Positions 37,759-48,180 are shown, numbered from the stretch's first letter. The stretch is DNA of 64,000 nt from Methanobacteriota archaeon (GCA_963769885.1 CAVYNH010000006.1:672001-736000), one strand, 5' to 3'. Translations and numbers: made by a program. Notes: generated by a model from the letters alone, not told the origin.

Positions 37759-38007
37759 TTATCCTCCGGAGACGACGGGGGGTGCGATGGCGAGCTTGTC
37801 GCCTGGTGCGAGGGGGGCGTCGTGGCTGGTGAGGGCGCCGTTTTTGGTGGCCATCATGTAGGGGATGTCTTTGGTGAAGTCTGGGTATTTGGTGGTGAAG
37901 GCGACGAGGACGTCTTGGATGGTGCGGGGGTTGGTGAGGGGGAGGGTGAGGGTGTCGGCGCCGACCGTGTCTTTGTAGCGGCCGTAGAGCCGGATGGTGA
38001 TGCTCAT
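37759..38007 (-). CDS. MoaD/ThiS/SAMP ubiquitin-like protein
   Basis: 82 aa ending PPVVSGG. Confidence 0.88.
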   Translation of the reverse strand: MSITIRLYGRYKDTVGADTLTLPLTNPRTIQDVLVAFTTKYPDFTKDIPYMMATKNGALTSHDAPLAPGDKLAIAPPVVSGG

Positions 38008-38738
38008 GTGGGGGTGCTCCTGTTGCAGGTGGGGCAGTGGGGGTTGCGGGTGACGGGGATGGTGTCGCAGTGCTGGTGGTCGGCGTCGTAGATGAGGAGG
38101 CCGCTGGGTGGTCGGCCTTGGATGATGTGGAGGGCTTCGATGGTCTGGAGGGCGGCGGTGATGGCGGGGAGGGCGCCGTGGATGGGGAGGGGGGTGGCGG
38201 TGGATTCCGGGAGGGTACGGGTGAGGCAGTGGAAGCAGGGGGTTTGCCCGGGGATGATGCCGAGGATCATGCCGGTGGTTTCGGTGACGCCGGCGTAGAC
38301 CCAGGGGATGTGGAGGTCGACGGCGGCGGTGTTGATGGTGTGGCGGGTGGGGAGGTTGTCGGTGCCGTCGAGGATGATGGTGGCGTCGTCGAGGAGGGTG
38401 GTGATGTTGTCGGGGGTGACGGCGATGGTGTGGTCGTAGATGGTGACGTCGTGGTTGGCGGCTCTGAGGTGTGCGGCGAGGGTGGTGCTTTTGGGTTTGC
38501 CGATGTCGGCTTCGGTGTAGGTGGTGGTGCGGTGGAGGTTGGAAAGTTCGATGGTGTCGTGGTCGATGAGGTCGATGGTGCCGATGCCCATGCGGACGAG
38601 GAGGTTGGCGGTGTGGCTGCCGATGCCGCCGCAGCCGATGAGGACGGCGTAGGTGTCGTGGAGTTGCTGTTGGGCTTTTTCTCCGAAGGTGTTGAGGATG
38701 AGTTGGCGGTGGTAGCGGGAGACGGGTGGTGTGGGCAT
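38004..38738 (-). CDS. ThiF/MoeB/UbaA-family E1-like adenylyltransferase
   Basis: RYHRQ, GCGGIG, D.IELSNLHR, DGTDN, CFHC and CPTC Zn sites. Confidence 0.9.
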   Translation of the reverse strand: MPTPPVSRYHRQLILNTFGEKAQQQLHDTYAVLIGCGGIGSHTANLLVRMGIGTIDLIDHDTIELSNLHRTTTYTEADIGKPKSTTLAAHLRAANHDVTIYDHTIAVTPDNITTLLDDATIILDGTDNLPTRHTINTAAVDLHIPWVYAGVTETTGMILGIIPGQTPCFHCLTRTLPESTATPLPIHGALPAITAALQTIEALHIIQGRPPSGLLIYDADHQHCDTIPVTRNPHCPTCNRSTPT

Positions 38739-38806
38739 CGTGGGTTGGTATCGGTGTGGCGTGTTTTTATAGGTTTGTTTCTTTGGTGGGGAAAAGGAGG
38801 GTTTGG

Positions 38807-39541
38807 CTAGGGGTGGGTGGTGGGTGGTTTTGTGGTGAGTTCTTTGGCGGGGACGCCGGCGTAGGTTTTGCCTTGGGTGAGTCGTTGGTGTTTGGTGACG
38901 AGGGCGCCGGCGGCGATGGTGACGTCGTTTTCGATGGTGGCGCCGGGCATGATGATGGAGCCTGCGCCGATGACGCAGTTGTCGCCGATGGTGATGGGGG
39001 CCATGTCGATGGTGTCGTGTTGCATGTTGTGGATGTGGCCGTAGATGATGGCGTATTCGCCCATGGTGGTGTTGGCGCCGAAGGTGGTGAGGCAGGGGTC
39101 TTTGACGACGCCGCCGACCAAGGTGTTCTTTCCGATCTTCATGCCGAGGAGGCGGTAGTAGGTGAGCTTGGTGCGGCCGAGGGGGACGATCTCGAAGATC
39201 TTGCGTCCGGGGGTGTAGAGACTACAGACGATGAGCCATTTGATGGATTCCATGTTGGTGAAGTCGTAGGCGTAGAGGCCGGGTTTGTACTTGATGTTGA
39301 AAATATAGACGATGGCGGCGGGGATGAGGGTGATGCATTGGATGGTGATGATGGCGCCGATGTATACGATGGCCGGGAGGAGGAGGACATGCCACCAAAT
39401 GGTGAGGTTGAGGGTGCGCCAGGCGAGGAGGCCGAGCAGGACTGGGGGGAGGAAGCCGAGGTAGAAGATGAAGAACATGGCGACCGGGAAGAGGTATTTG
39501 CTGATGGTGAACGGCGTGGGGGGTGGGTTTGTTCCTGGCAT
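38807..39541 (-). CDS. Membrane-anchored hexapeptide-repeat acyltransferase
   Basis: Two TM helices then LbH repeats IGDNCVIGAGSIIMPGATIE...YAGVPA. Confidence 0.8.
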   Translation of the reverse strand: MPGTNPPPTPFTISKYLFPVAMFFIFYLGFLPPVLLGLLAWRTLNLTIWWHVLLLPAIVYIGAIITIQCITLIPAAIVYIFNIKYKPGLYAYDFTNMESIKWLIVCSLYTPGRKIFEIVPLGRTKLTYYRLLGMKIGKNTLVGGVVKDPCLTTFGANTTMGEYAIIYGHIHNMQHDTIDMAPITIGDNCVIGAGSIIMPGATIENDVTIAAGALVTKHQRLTQGKTYAGVPAKELTTKPPTTHP

Positions 39542-39579
39542 CTCTCAGGGGAATAGGAACTTGCTGAACCCTTTTAAAG

Positions 39580-40843
39580 TTAGTGGATGAGCTGGTATTC
39601 TTGGTAGGCCGTGGTCAGGTCTGCGAGGTAGTCGGGGAGGCTGCCGGCGAAGTCATTGAGGGCCGCGGTTTGGAGGCTGATGGCGGTGGTGTAGTGAAGG
39701 AGATTCGGGCCAGTGAGGTTGGCGCCGAGGAGGGGCTGGTAGCGTCGGAAGACCATCTCGGTGAGGCTGAAGGCGTACATCGCGGTGGCCGAGTCCGTGG
39801 TCTGATTCCCCGCGAATCTGAGGGTCTGTCGGCTGGCGTCCATCGCCTCGGTGTAGAGTGGTTTGACATTGTGGGCGTCGACCCAGAGCCATTGCTCCTC
39901 GCCGGTCATCTTGGGGAAGATGTAGTCGTGGACGGCGTGCCGTTCGTCATCTGGCCCGCAGATCCGCAGGATGAGGTCGCGGTCCTGGACGACCGGGGTC
40001 TTGCCGCCGTGGGCTTGGGTGAGGATCCAGCCGATGCCGGGGCAGTAGTACTCGACCATGTAGTGCATCTGGACCCAGTAATTGTCGTGCTGGCTGACCA
40101 TGACGCTGCGGGCGGGGACGCCCTGGGCGCGGAAGAGCGCGGCGGCGAGGTGGGATCGTCCGGGGCAGTCGCCGCTGCGGCGCAGGACGGTCTTGGCGTC
40201 TTGTCCTTTCAGGATGCCGAGGCGCAGCTGCAGGGCGTAGAAGAGCTCACGGTGGTTGTGGGTGAACCAGACGACGCGGTCCGCGTACCGCAGGAGGTTG
40301 GTGGTGCCGTGCGCCAGTTGTCGGGCGGTGTGTCGGATGGTAATGCTGCGGGATTGGACGACGGGGCTGGGCTTCAGCCATGGCCAGGTGTCTCGTGGCA
40401 GGTCTCTGAGGCAGGGGAAGCGGACGTAGCGGGGGAGGTCCTTGAAGTCGGTGGGGTTGACGAGCGCCCAGCTGTTGAAGTGGATCAGGACGGTCTGGTC
40501 CGCGGTGAGGTTGCCGAGGGTGAAGACGACGAGCTTGTTGGGCGCCTCCGTGTCGTTGATAATCGTATAAGAGATGAGTGCCGTCGTGGTGTCATTGAGG
40601 ATCTCGATGAACACGGGGGTTTGGTACTGGGTACTCAGGTGGGAACACATAAGAGACAATACAGATGGGGACGAAGGATGTGGCTTTGAGGTAGAGGTAG
40701 TTTTCATTGCGCATCAGATGCAGGGTCGCAGTCGCGGTCGTCTGCATTGGATTGGATGGTGCGGAGGGAACAGGGATGGCGATCGCACTCGAGGGCAGGA
40801 GGAGGACCGCGAGAGTGAAGAGCGTGGTGAGGTGGCGCCTCAT
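39580..40843 (-). CDS. Secreted transglutaminase-like protein (one extra base at ~40630)
   Basis: Signal-peptide ORF (start 40843) joins the catalytic ORF (GDCPGRSHL...MHYMVE) on removing one base: VFPPEYQYQTPVF. Confidence 0.8.
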
Positions 40844-40908
40844 TGGTATGGTTCTCAGTTGCATAACGGAGGAAAAATAGGTTGGGGAACTATATAATAG
40901 TTATTATA

Positions 40909-41568
40909 TTAGTCTTCGGGCTTCTGGGCGATGACGAGGAACCTCCAATCCCTGGATTTCCCCTGGATCTCCCGGATACGCAGCTCGGACGAACGAAGCA
41001 GGTTCTCAACCCAGGACCTGGTATGCGCTAACTTGTAGGCATCCATATGGTACCTGATGACATCATGGGTCGCACTCCGATGCCGCATAAAAAACCGAAG
41101 GGCGAATAATCTCCACCGCGGCAAATCCTTGTTCAACGCATCCAAAATCAGGTACCCACCCGGTTTCAACACTCGATAGATCTCTTGAAAACTTTTCTTT
41201 GGATCCGGCCAGTACGGCAGGCTGAACCGCGAGACGACCGCATCAACCTGACCTGAACAAATGGGAAGAGACTCCGAAACTCCTTGAATAAACCCCGCAC
41301 TTGCGCAGCCGGCATCCTTGAAATTCTGCCCCGCGAAACGCAGCATATCCCGCTGCGGATCCACCCCTATGAGTACTCCCTCAGGGTAGAGTTTCCGTAA
41401 CTCAAGAGACAACAGTCCCGTACCGGTTCCCACATCAAGGATGACCGGGCGAGGACCATGAAGACACTGCGGCACCTGGCGCGCCACCTCTTGATACAAC
41501 TCAGGGTACCGCCGCATGTACTCATTGAATCGCACGGCAGTCAAATCGTCAACAGTCTCGGTCGGCAT
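40909..41568 (-). CDS. Class I SAM-dependent methyltransferase
   Basis: ILDVGTGTG, GVD, EIYRVLKPGG. Confidence 0.9.
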   Translation of the reverse strand: MPTETVDDLTAVRFNEYMRRYPELYQEVARQVPQCLHGPRPVILDVGTGTGLLSLELRKLYPEGVLIGVDPQRDMLRFAGQNFKDAGCASAGFIQGVSESLPICSGQVDAVVSRFSLPYWPDPKKSFQEIYRVLKPGGYLILDALNKDLPRWRLFALRFFMRHRSATHDVIRYHMDAYKLAHTRSWVENLLRSSELRIREIQGKSRDWRFLVIAQKPED

Positions 41569-41616
41569 ACGGATGCTCAGAGGAAACAGGACGCGGCGGC
41601 ATAAGGCTTTTTCTCC

Positions 41617-42699
41617 CTACTGCAACAACCGGGTCCCATCGGTCTGGACCACAAGCTCCTTCGACGTGATGACCAGGTAATTCGAAACAGTGGCAAAGGA
41701 ACTAGAGATCTCGATATGCTGGCCTGAATCATGCACGACATAGATGCTCGCCAGCGCAGCCCCGAGTGATTCGTTGGTCCCGATATCCTGAAAGACCCGG
41801 AGGTGGAAGCAGTCCTCTACCCCAAAATTCTGCTCGATATCCGTCTGAACGTTATCCGCGACGCACGCGCATTCCACCGGAATCCAGCCGCCCACACCCT
41901 GACCAGGACCGATGAAGACCTCGGCCCAGGCGTGGGCCACAGCCTGCATCGGTGTCCCCTCGCTGACGAGATACCCGCGGATGAACCGCGCGGGAATCCC
42001 CACCGCACGGCACAAGGAGATATAGAGGAACGACAAGTCGTCGCAGTCGCCCGTCTTCAACACAAGCGTCGTCGCCGCAGGCTGCACACCATTGGATTCA
42101 TGCAACTGGTAATGGATATTCTCCTTCAGCCAACGGAACAGGGCTTTAGCGAGCAACAGCGAGTTGGTCGAGGAGTTACGCAAGACGGAGTCCGCGACCG
42201 CTTTAATCGCCGGGTTGGCAGGGTCGATGAACCGTATGGTCTCATTGCCCTGCACGTTCGTATACCGGGTAATATAATCCTCTGCACTGACCCGAAGCTG
42301 AGCAAGAGAGTCTGCGCTTTCGCCTGACAGGTCCGGATAGAGGTAGGTCTCTGCGGTGACTTTGGTCTGAACCCCGAGGATGTAATGGTTCGGCGTGGCG
42401 CCCGTGATGTTCCAGACAACCACGGAGTTGTCCGCCCGCTCATCGAGAGTATACGATGTCGTGTTCAACAGCGTATATGGGATATCGTAGCCCATGGTCA
42501 CTTCAGGGAGGTCGCAGGTGTACTTGATGGTATAGGCCCCCATCCCCGTCGCGTTGACATCATATCCATACCGAAGCGTGTACTGCACATGGGTGGGGTG
42601 CGTCACGTAGGTTCTCGGTCCGGGGACAATCGGGCTTGTGCACCCGGAGAGCATCAGGGCGATGGCGAGAACAATGGGGATTATGAAGAGGGGGCGCAT
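41617..42699 (-). CDS. Transglutaminase-like lipoprotein
   Basis: Lipobox LSGC; GDCDDLS...GIPAR...HAWAEV...GWIPVE. Confidence 0.88.
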   Translation of the reverse strand: MRPLFIIPIVLAIALMLSGCTSPIVPGPRTYVTHPTHVQYTLRYGYDVNATGMGAYTIKYTCDLPEVTMGYDIPYTLLNTTSYTLDERADNSVVVWNITGATPNHYILGVQTKVTAETYLYPDLSGESADSLAQLRVSAEDYITRYTNVQGNETIRFIDPANPAIKAVADSVLRNSSTNSLLLAKALFRWLKENIHYQLHESNGVQPAATTLVLKTGDCDDLSFLYISLCRAVGIPARFIRGYLVSEGTPMQAVAHAWAEVFIGPGQGVGGWIPVECACVADNVQTDIEQNFGVEDCFHLRVFQDIGTNESLGAALASIYVVHDSGQHIEISSSFATVSNYLVITSKELVVQTDGTRLLQ

Positions 42700-42700
42700 A

Positions 42701-44557
42701 TTAGGCGGACCTCCTGAGAAGCCCATGCCGGTGGAGGGGCCCGGGCGGGCGCGCGTGGGGCTGTTGGGCGAGCCAGTGGCGGCAGCCGCTGTTCATCGGG
42801 CAGGATTTACAGGATGGAGAGGCTTCGTGGCATATGGATTTGCCGAGTTGGGCGAGGCTGTCGAGGTATTTGAAGACGTTCTCTTTCATCTCCTCAGCCT
42901 CGGCACTGAGGAACTGGATGGTCTCGTCCGGGGTCTTGGTCTTGACCCAGCCGAGCCTGGTGGCGACGCGGTGGACGAGCACGGCTTTCTCCGTGTTATG
43001 CCTCTGCGCCTCCTTCTGCTGCTGTGAGGGGAGGGGTGGTGCCTTAGGGAGCTTGAGTTTGTAGTCACTGGGGTCGATGTCTTTGAAGACGGTGACGGAT
43101 TTGCCGCCGTGGTCGGTTTCCCGTGTTCGGATTTCGACGAGGATCGGGACTTGGATGCTGGCGCCGCTGATGAGGGCGACGCCGATCGGTAATCGTTGGA
43201 TCTCGTCGTAGGTCTGGCTGGTGAGGCCTTCGACGGATTGGATGATGGCTTTGAGGTCGTTGGGGTTGGTGACCTTGAGGATGATGTTGGTGTTGCACTG
43301 GCTGATGATGTTCTTGTCGATCTTGGCGGGGCGTTGGCTGACGACGCAGAGGCCCATGCCGAACTTGCGGCCTTCGCTTGCGACGGTCCGTAGCATCTGC
43401 GAGCTGACGGCGTGGCCGATGCCGTGCTCGGGGCAGTAGTTGTGGGCTTCTTCGACGACGCAGAGGAAGGGGGGGATTTTGCCGGCTTTGCGGTCCTTGA
43501 AGAGTTCTTCGGTGAGCCGGGCGACGACGACGTCTTGGATGTCCGGGGGGACGCCGCGCATGTTGATGATGGTGCATTTGCCTTTTTGGACGAGCTCGGT
43601 GGTCTCGGTGCCTTTGTCGCTGAAGACGCCGATCGCATCTAGTGATTCGAGGGAGGCGATGACGTTCCAGCGGGCGTTGCTCTTGGTGTGTTCGACGGCT
43701 TCGATGATGTCGCGGATGGTGTAGTTTTCTTTGAATTCTTTGAGTTCCTTGATGGTTTGGTAGAGGACCGCGATCTGGGGGCCGGAGAGCTTGGCCTGGA
43801 GGAGTTCGAGGATGTCGCGGCCTTCGAGGCTGAGACCGTTGAGCGTCAGGTGCTTGGAGCCGTCGTCGGTGGCGAGGGGGGAGTAGGCGGTGATCTGGCC
43901 GGCGTAGTCCGCGGGTTTGACGTTGAACTTCTCCATGTTCTTTTCGTCTTTCTTGTCTTTGTTGGGCTTACTCAGCGAGATGTACTCACCGTGGGTGTCG
44001 ATGATGACCAAGGGGATTTTCTTTTTGAGGAGTTCTTCGATGAGGACGCCGCACGCGTAGCTCTTACCGCCGCCGGTCTTCGCGAGAATGCAGATGTGTT
44101 TTTGTACGAGGGAATCAATGTTAAGGTAAACGGGCAGGTCATGGCCTTTCAAGAGGCCGAGGTAGGCGCCGTTCTGTTTTTCGGCTTGGAGGCCGAGGAC
44201 ATGGCGGATGAGGTCTCCGTTGGCGAGGGTGATCTGGGCGCCGGCTTCGAATGGGCTGCGGGGCGCCTGGAGGTGTCCTTCCTTGTCGCGGAAGCCGATG
44301 ACTTCGGCGTAGGCGCTGATGTCGCTCTTGATGGGTGGCAGGGTGCTGTTGGTTTTGATGGTGATGGCGTCCTCGAATTTCAGGTCGGAGTAGCCTTTGA
44401 TGTCCATGACTTGGGCGAGGACGTAGCCTTCTTCGTGCGGCGCGGCGACGTAGTCGAATTTGCGCAGGCTGTGGCCGTTAACCGTAAAGTTGAACTTCGT
44501 CGAGCCGACGTCACCGTAGATAAGACCGATACTGTCGTTTTTCTGATTCTGTGGCAT
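42701..44557 (-). CDS. HerA/FtsK-family ATPase (HAS barrel + DUF87-like) with C-terminal EndoIII-type 4Fe-4S domain
   Basis: AKTGGGKS, IDTHGEY, VVEEAH, EGRKFG, SQRP; C-terminal VHRVATRLGW...CHEASPSCKSCPMNSGC. Confidence 0.88.
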   Translation of the reverse strand: MPQNQKNDSIGLIYGDVGSTKFNFTVNGHSLRKFDYVAAPHEEGYVLAQVMDIKGYSDLKFEDAITIKTNSTLPPIKSDISAYAEVIGFRDKEGHLQAPRSPFEAGAQITLANGDLIRHVLGLQAEKQNGAYLGLLKGHDLPVYLNIDSLVQKHICILAKTGGGKSYACGVLIEELLKKKIPLVIIDTHGEYISLSKPNKDKKDEKNMEKFNVKPADYAGQITAYSPLATDDGSKHLTLNGLSLEGRDILELLQAKLSGPQIAVLYQTIKELKEFKENYTIRDIIEAVEHTKSNARWNVIASLESLDAIGVFSDKGTETTELVQKGKCTIINMRGVPPDIQDVVVARLTEELFKDRKAGKIPPFLCVVEEAHNYCPEHGIGHAVSSQMLRTVASEGRKFGMGLCVVSQRPAKIDKNIISQCNTNIILKVTNPNDLKAIIQSVEGLTSQTYDEIQRLPIGVALISGASIQVPILVEIRTRETDHGGKSVTVFKDIDPSDYKLKLPKAPPLPSQQQKEAQRHNTEKAVLVHRVATRLGWVKTKTPDETIQFLSAEAEEMKENVFKYLDSLAQLGKSICHEASPSCKSCPMNSGCRHWLAQQPHARPPGPLHRHGLLRRSA

Positions 44558-44597
44558 CCAAACCCCTGCTAGGCTAGCGAAATAAATTACGTGGTTC

Positions 44598-45413
44598 TTA
44601 TAGTTTATGCAAGAGCCTGCCGAGCTTTGGCGGCAGCCCGGCGAAGGCCATGAGCGCGTCGACTTCGATGAAGTGCAGGCTGCCCGGGATGACGAGGACA
44701 TGGAGGGGCGGGCCGAAGTCGCGGTCCATGAGGTTCTTGATGTGGTCGGCGGCGAGCAGAGGCTGGTCGGAACCGGCGCGGGCGACGACGCAGGCTAAGG
44801 ACTCTTCATTGATGGTCGTGCTCTCCAGCCTCGTGCCCATCTCGAGGATCAGCCGGAGGCCCTCCGGTGCGGTCATGTACCGGTTCTGGTCCGCCTGGAT
44901 GTCCAAAAAGACCAAGGTGTGCAGGCCAGCGGTCTGGTTGCCAGCGATGACCTCGTAGGGGCTGGTCGGGAAGAAGTTCTTCTGCGGATATGCTAGGGTC
45001 GTGCTGCGGCCGAATTTATAGTTCTGCAGCCCGAGGAGCCCGGGGGCGGCGGTGACGATGCTGCTGCCATGGATGATCCGGGTCGGGATTCCTTCGCGTG
45101 CGGCGCGCAGCCGCAGGTCGACATGGGTCGTAGCGGTCATGGGGTCGCCACAGATGAGGAGCGCGACCCTCTTGGTACGTGCGGCGGCGAGGACCTCGTC
45201 GGCGCGCTCAGTCTGCTCACGAGACAGCATCGTGATGGGTCTGCCGATCTGCTGTTCGAAGACGGTCTGGTCGAAGGCGCCGGGCCGCGAGGTGTAAAAC
45301 TCGGCGAAGACCACGTCCGCGTGCTGCAGCTCGTGCAGGCCTCGCAACGAGACGTCCCGGGTGCCGTAGAGCCCCAGGCCGACGAAGAAGAGCGAGCCGG
45401 TCACGCTTGTCAT
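44598..45413 (-). CDS. dph5: Diphthine synthase
   Basis: FVGLGL, AEFYTS, GDPMTATTH, GLQNYKFG, GLHTL.FLDI, FGPPLH. Confidence 0.95.
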   Translation of the reverse strand: MTSVTGSLFFVGLGLYGTRDVSLRGLHELQHADVVFAEFYTSRPGAFDQTVFEQQIGRPITMLSREQTERADEVLAAARTKRVALLICGDPMTATTHVDLRLRAAREGIPTRIIHGSSIVTAAPGLLGLQNYKFGRSTTLAYPQKNFFPTSPYEVIAGNQTAGLHTLVFLDIQADQNRYMTAPEGLRLILEMGTRLESTTINEESLACVVARAGSDQPLLAADHIKNLMDRDFGPPLHVLVIPGSLHFIEVDALMAFAGLPPKLGRLLHKL

Positions 45414-45662
45414 GGTTGCTGGTACGCATCCTGCGGTGGTTCATGAACCTATCCGCGCAGTGAAATATTCCGAAAACGTTTAAAAGTCCTTTTCTATACT
45501 CATCAGTGGGCGACAACTACCGGCTTTCTTTTTTTCCCAAAGCCATATCGACTCTGGTTTTTTTTCACGAAAAAGCCCTCCTGAATATAAAGATTGTGCC
45601 AGGAGAAAATTAAGAAAGATTTAAATTCCCATCAGAGCATGTCCCTGCCGGAGGTATGAGTT

Positions 45663-45848
45663 ATGCCTTACACACACCAAGGATGGACGTTATATACACG
45701 CAACGTGAACCTCAAAGGAGGAAGGAAGCAGACCATTTACTTCTTCAGCAAGCGCTCACCAAAGAGCGGGACACCCTGCGAGTTACCCACCGGCTACGCC
45801 GTCGGCGTCAACAAGAGAACGGGACTGCCATACCTACGCAAGAAATAA
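45663..45848 (+). CDS. Conserved small basic protein (61 aa), same domain as the C-terminus of 62299-63555
   Basis: GWTLY...IYFFS...LP.GY.V.VNKRTGLPYLRKK; GGAGGT RBS; T-rich terminator. Confidence 0.85.
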   Translation: MPYTHQGWTLYTRNVNLKGGRKQTIYFFSKRSPKSGTPCELPTGYAVGVNKRTGLPYLRKK

Positions 45849-45918
45849 GGCACCCCTTCTTTTTCTCTTTTTTTCACCCCCCTTATAATCCTTTTCATAC
45901 CCCAATCCTGAGACGGTC

Positions 45919-46272
45919 ATGAGCATACGCCATCGGCACCAGGCCCGCAAACACCAGCAAAGAACCATCGCCACACGGCGAATCCAACAGCTCAGCCGCC
46001 TCGCCGAGGCCCAGGCACAGGCTGGCAACCTCGAGGTCGCACAACGGTACATCGAACTGGCCCGCGGGATCGCCACCCGCGTCGTCGTCCCCCTCCCTTC
46101 GGCCGTCAAACGCCAGGTCTGCAAGCACTGCGGGGCGTACCTCCTGCCGGGCAGCACCAGCCGTACCCGGATCCACCGCGGCCGCATTATCCTCTACTGC
46201 ACCCGCTGCGGCGCATACCGCCGCCACCCGCTCCACCATAAACCCGTCAAACCACGCCTAACCAAGGCGTAA
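45919..46272 (+). CDS. rnp4: Ribonuclease P protein component 4 (Rpp21)
   Basis: IA.RRI..L...A...RY..LA..I; KRQVCKHC...PG....R....CTRCG. Confidence 0.9.
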   Translation: MSIRHRHQARKHQQRTIATRRIQQLSRLAEAQAQAGNLEVAQRYIELARGIATRVVVPLPSAVKRQVCKHCGAYLLPGSTSRTRIHRGRIILYCTRCGAYRRHPLHHKPVKPRLTKA

Positions 46273-46282
46273 CCGACGCGCC

Positions 46283-46642
46283 TCAGCGCTTTGTGAGGTT
46301 CCACTCCTCGTTCCCGCTGAGCGCCGTCAACAAAAGGTGGGCGCTGTTTTGCGAGAAACTCACCCGATATTGAATGGATTGCTTCCCGCTCGTGACCTTT
46401 GTCAGGATGCTCCCAATGACGGACCAGGTCCCCTCATCAACGACCAGCGGGAGTACCGCCCGGTACCGACCATCAGCCTCGAAGGTCATGTTCGCAGGGA
46501 CCCTGGAACCGTTCCCATAGGCAAACGTCCCCCACCAGGAGCCAACAAAGGGAGTCCTGGCGGGGTCAGCCTGCTGCAGGCACCCACCGAGCGCGATCGT
46601 AAGAAGCAGTAGGCACAACACCATGGCGAGCAATTGTTTCAT
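46283..46642 (-). CDS. Lipoprotein, small beta-rich domain
   Basis: Lipobox LGGC; FVGSW...GTW. Confidence 0.65.
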   Translation of the reverse strand: MKQLLAMVLCLLLLTIALGGCLQQADPARTPFVGSWWGTFAYGNGSRVPANMTFEADGRYRAVLPLVVDEGTWSVIGSILTKVTSGKQSIQYRVSFSQNSAHLLLTALSGNEEWNLTKR

Positions 46643-46757
46643 CAGCTGGTCCCATACCCGCGTTGGGGATGAACCACCCGCGAGTTATAAGAACATTCCC
46701 CCCCTTTTTTTATCACAACATTTTTATACAATAAAAAGGAATTAAAACTGGCTTTCC

Positions 46758-47219
46758 ATGAGACCACGCCTCATCACCCTAGGGTTCATCCTGCTTCTCC
46801 TCCTCTCCTTCGCCACCGCCTCGGCACGTACCATCCCGACAACCCACCAGCTCCTCCAAGAAAGAACAGCCAGCGGTACCAATACGACAACCCTCACCTA
46901 TCCCATGATCCGCATCGACATGCCAGCGACCAGCGGCCTGAACGTGACCAACGACGGCTTCGTCACCAAATCCGGCTTCGGCATCGGCCTCAGCTGGGAC
47001 GTCGGCGTCGGCGTCCTCGGCCTCGTCAACCTCACCGTCATCGACGGTCCCCTCACCATCAAGACCCCCGACAGCGAAGAGCTCACCTTGAACCCCGGAG
47101 ACAACCTCACCGTCCTCTTCGGCGTCTTCCACTACTGCATCTACCAGCCCCCCGGATCGCCACCTCACGGGTTCCTCATCGGCCGGTTCCTGGGCGTCAC
47201 CATCCAACACACCGACTAA
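46758..47219 (+). CDS. Secreted hypothetical protein
   Basis: Signal peptide; codon usage matches neighbours. Confidence 0.65.
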   Translation: MRPRLITLGFILLLLLSFATASARTIPTTHQLLQERTASGTNTTTLTYPMIRIDMPATSGLNVTNDGFVTKSGFGIGLSWDVGVGVLGLVNLTVIDGPLTIKTPDSEELTLNPGDNLTVLFGVFHYCIYQPPGSPPHGFLIGRFLGVTIQHTD

Positions 47220-47346
47220 GACCGACCCCTCGACCGCCTCTTTTTCCGCATTCCCCTCCTTGATTTTGGAAAAAACGGGAGCCAATACGCTTAAATAACA
47301 TTGCATTAATTACCCCTACCCACTTGAAAGAAGGAAACGGTTCACC

Positions 47347-47799
47347 ATGACATCTGCCTATGATGTTCCTGCGAAGGAATTGATCGCCGCACTGGCCAAG
47401 AAACTCCAAGCCGAACAGGCCATGGCGCCCCCCCAGTGGAGCGTCCTCGTTCGCACCGGCGTCACCCGAGAGAACACCCCAGAGCCCAAAGACTGGTGGT
47501 ACACCCGCTGCGCCTCGATCCTCCGCAAACTCTACCTAGAGAAAGCTGTCGGCGTCCAACGCCTCCGCGCCATGTACGGCGGCCCCCGCGACCGCGGCTC
47601 CAAGCCCAACAAGGCAATGGCCGGCAGCGGCGCCATCGCCCGCAAGGCCGTCCAACAACTCGAAGCCGCCGGGTACGTCGGAAAAGTCAAGGGCAAAGGC
47701 CGCATCCTGACCCCCAAGGGCGTCTCCTTCCTCGATCACACATCGTTCGAAGTCAAACAATCGCTTCTCGAAACCATACCTGCCTTGAAAAAGTATTAA
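47347..47799 (+). CDS. rps19e: 30S ribosomal protein S19e
   Basis: YDVP, WWYTRCASILRK.Y, GV.RL...YGG, GSG.I.R...QQLE.AG. Confidence 0.97.
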   Translation: MTSAYDVPAKELIAALAKKLQAEQAMAPPQWSVLVRTGVTRENTPEPKDWWYTRCASILRKLYLEKAVGVQRLRAMYGGPRDRGSKPNKAMAGSGAIARKAVQQLEAAGYVGKVKGKGRILTPKGVSFLDHTSFEVKQSLLETIPALKKY

Positions 47800-47842
47800 A
47801 TACCGATTCCTATAGGCAACATACCGAGGTTTTCGACCCATC

Positions 47843-48176
47843 ATGGACGAGTTAGAGGCGCTCCGGAAAAAAAGACTGCATGAACTCCAGCAGCAAGCAG
47901 CGGACCAAGAAGCATTCCAAGAAGATCAGCGCGCGGAGTACCGAAGAGCAAAAAAAGAACGCGATGCGCGCGATCCTCACCGACGACGCTCGCGAGCGGC
48001 TCGGCCGCATCCGCGTGGCACGCCCCGAGCTTGCCGACAACCTGGAGCAGCAGCTCATCATGTTGGCCCAGTCCGGCCGGCTCAAAAGTAAAATAAACGA
48101 CCAGCAATTACGGGAGATTCTCGCGAAGCTTCTCCCGAAGAAACGGGACATCACCATCCGCAAACGAGGGATCTAG
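47843..48176 (+). CDS. PDCD5-like dsDNA-binding protein (one extra base at ~47941)
   Basis: [12 protein letters not shown]...; ILT..ARERL..I...RPE.A..LEQQLI.LAQSG; conserved position between rps19e and rpl39e. Confidence 0.9.
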
Positions 48177-48180
48177 ACCT

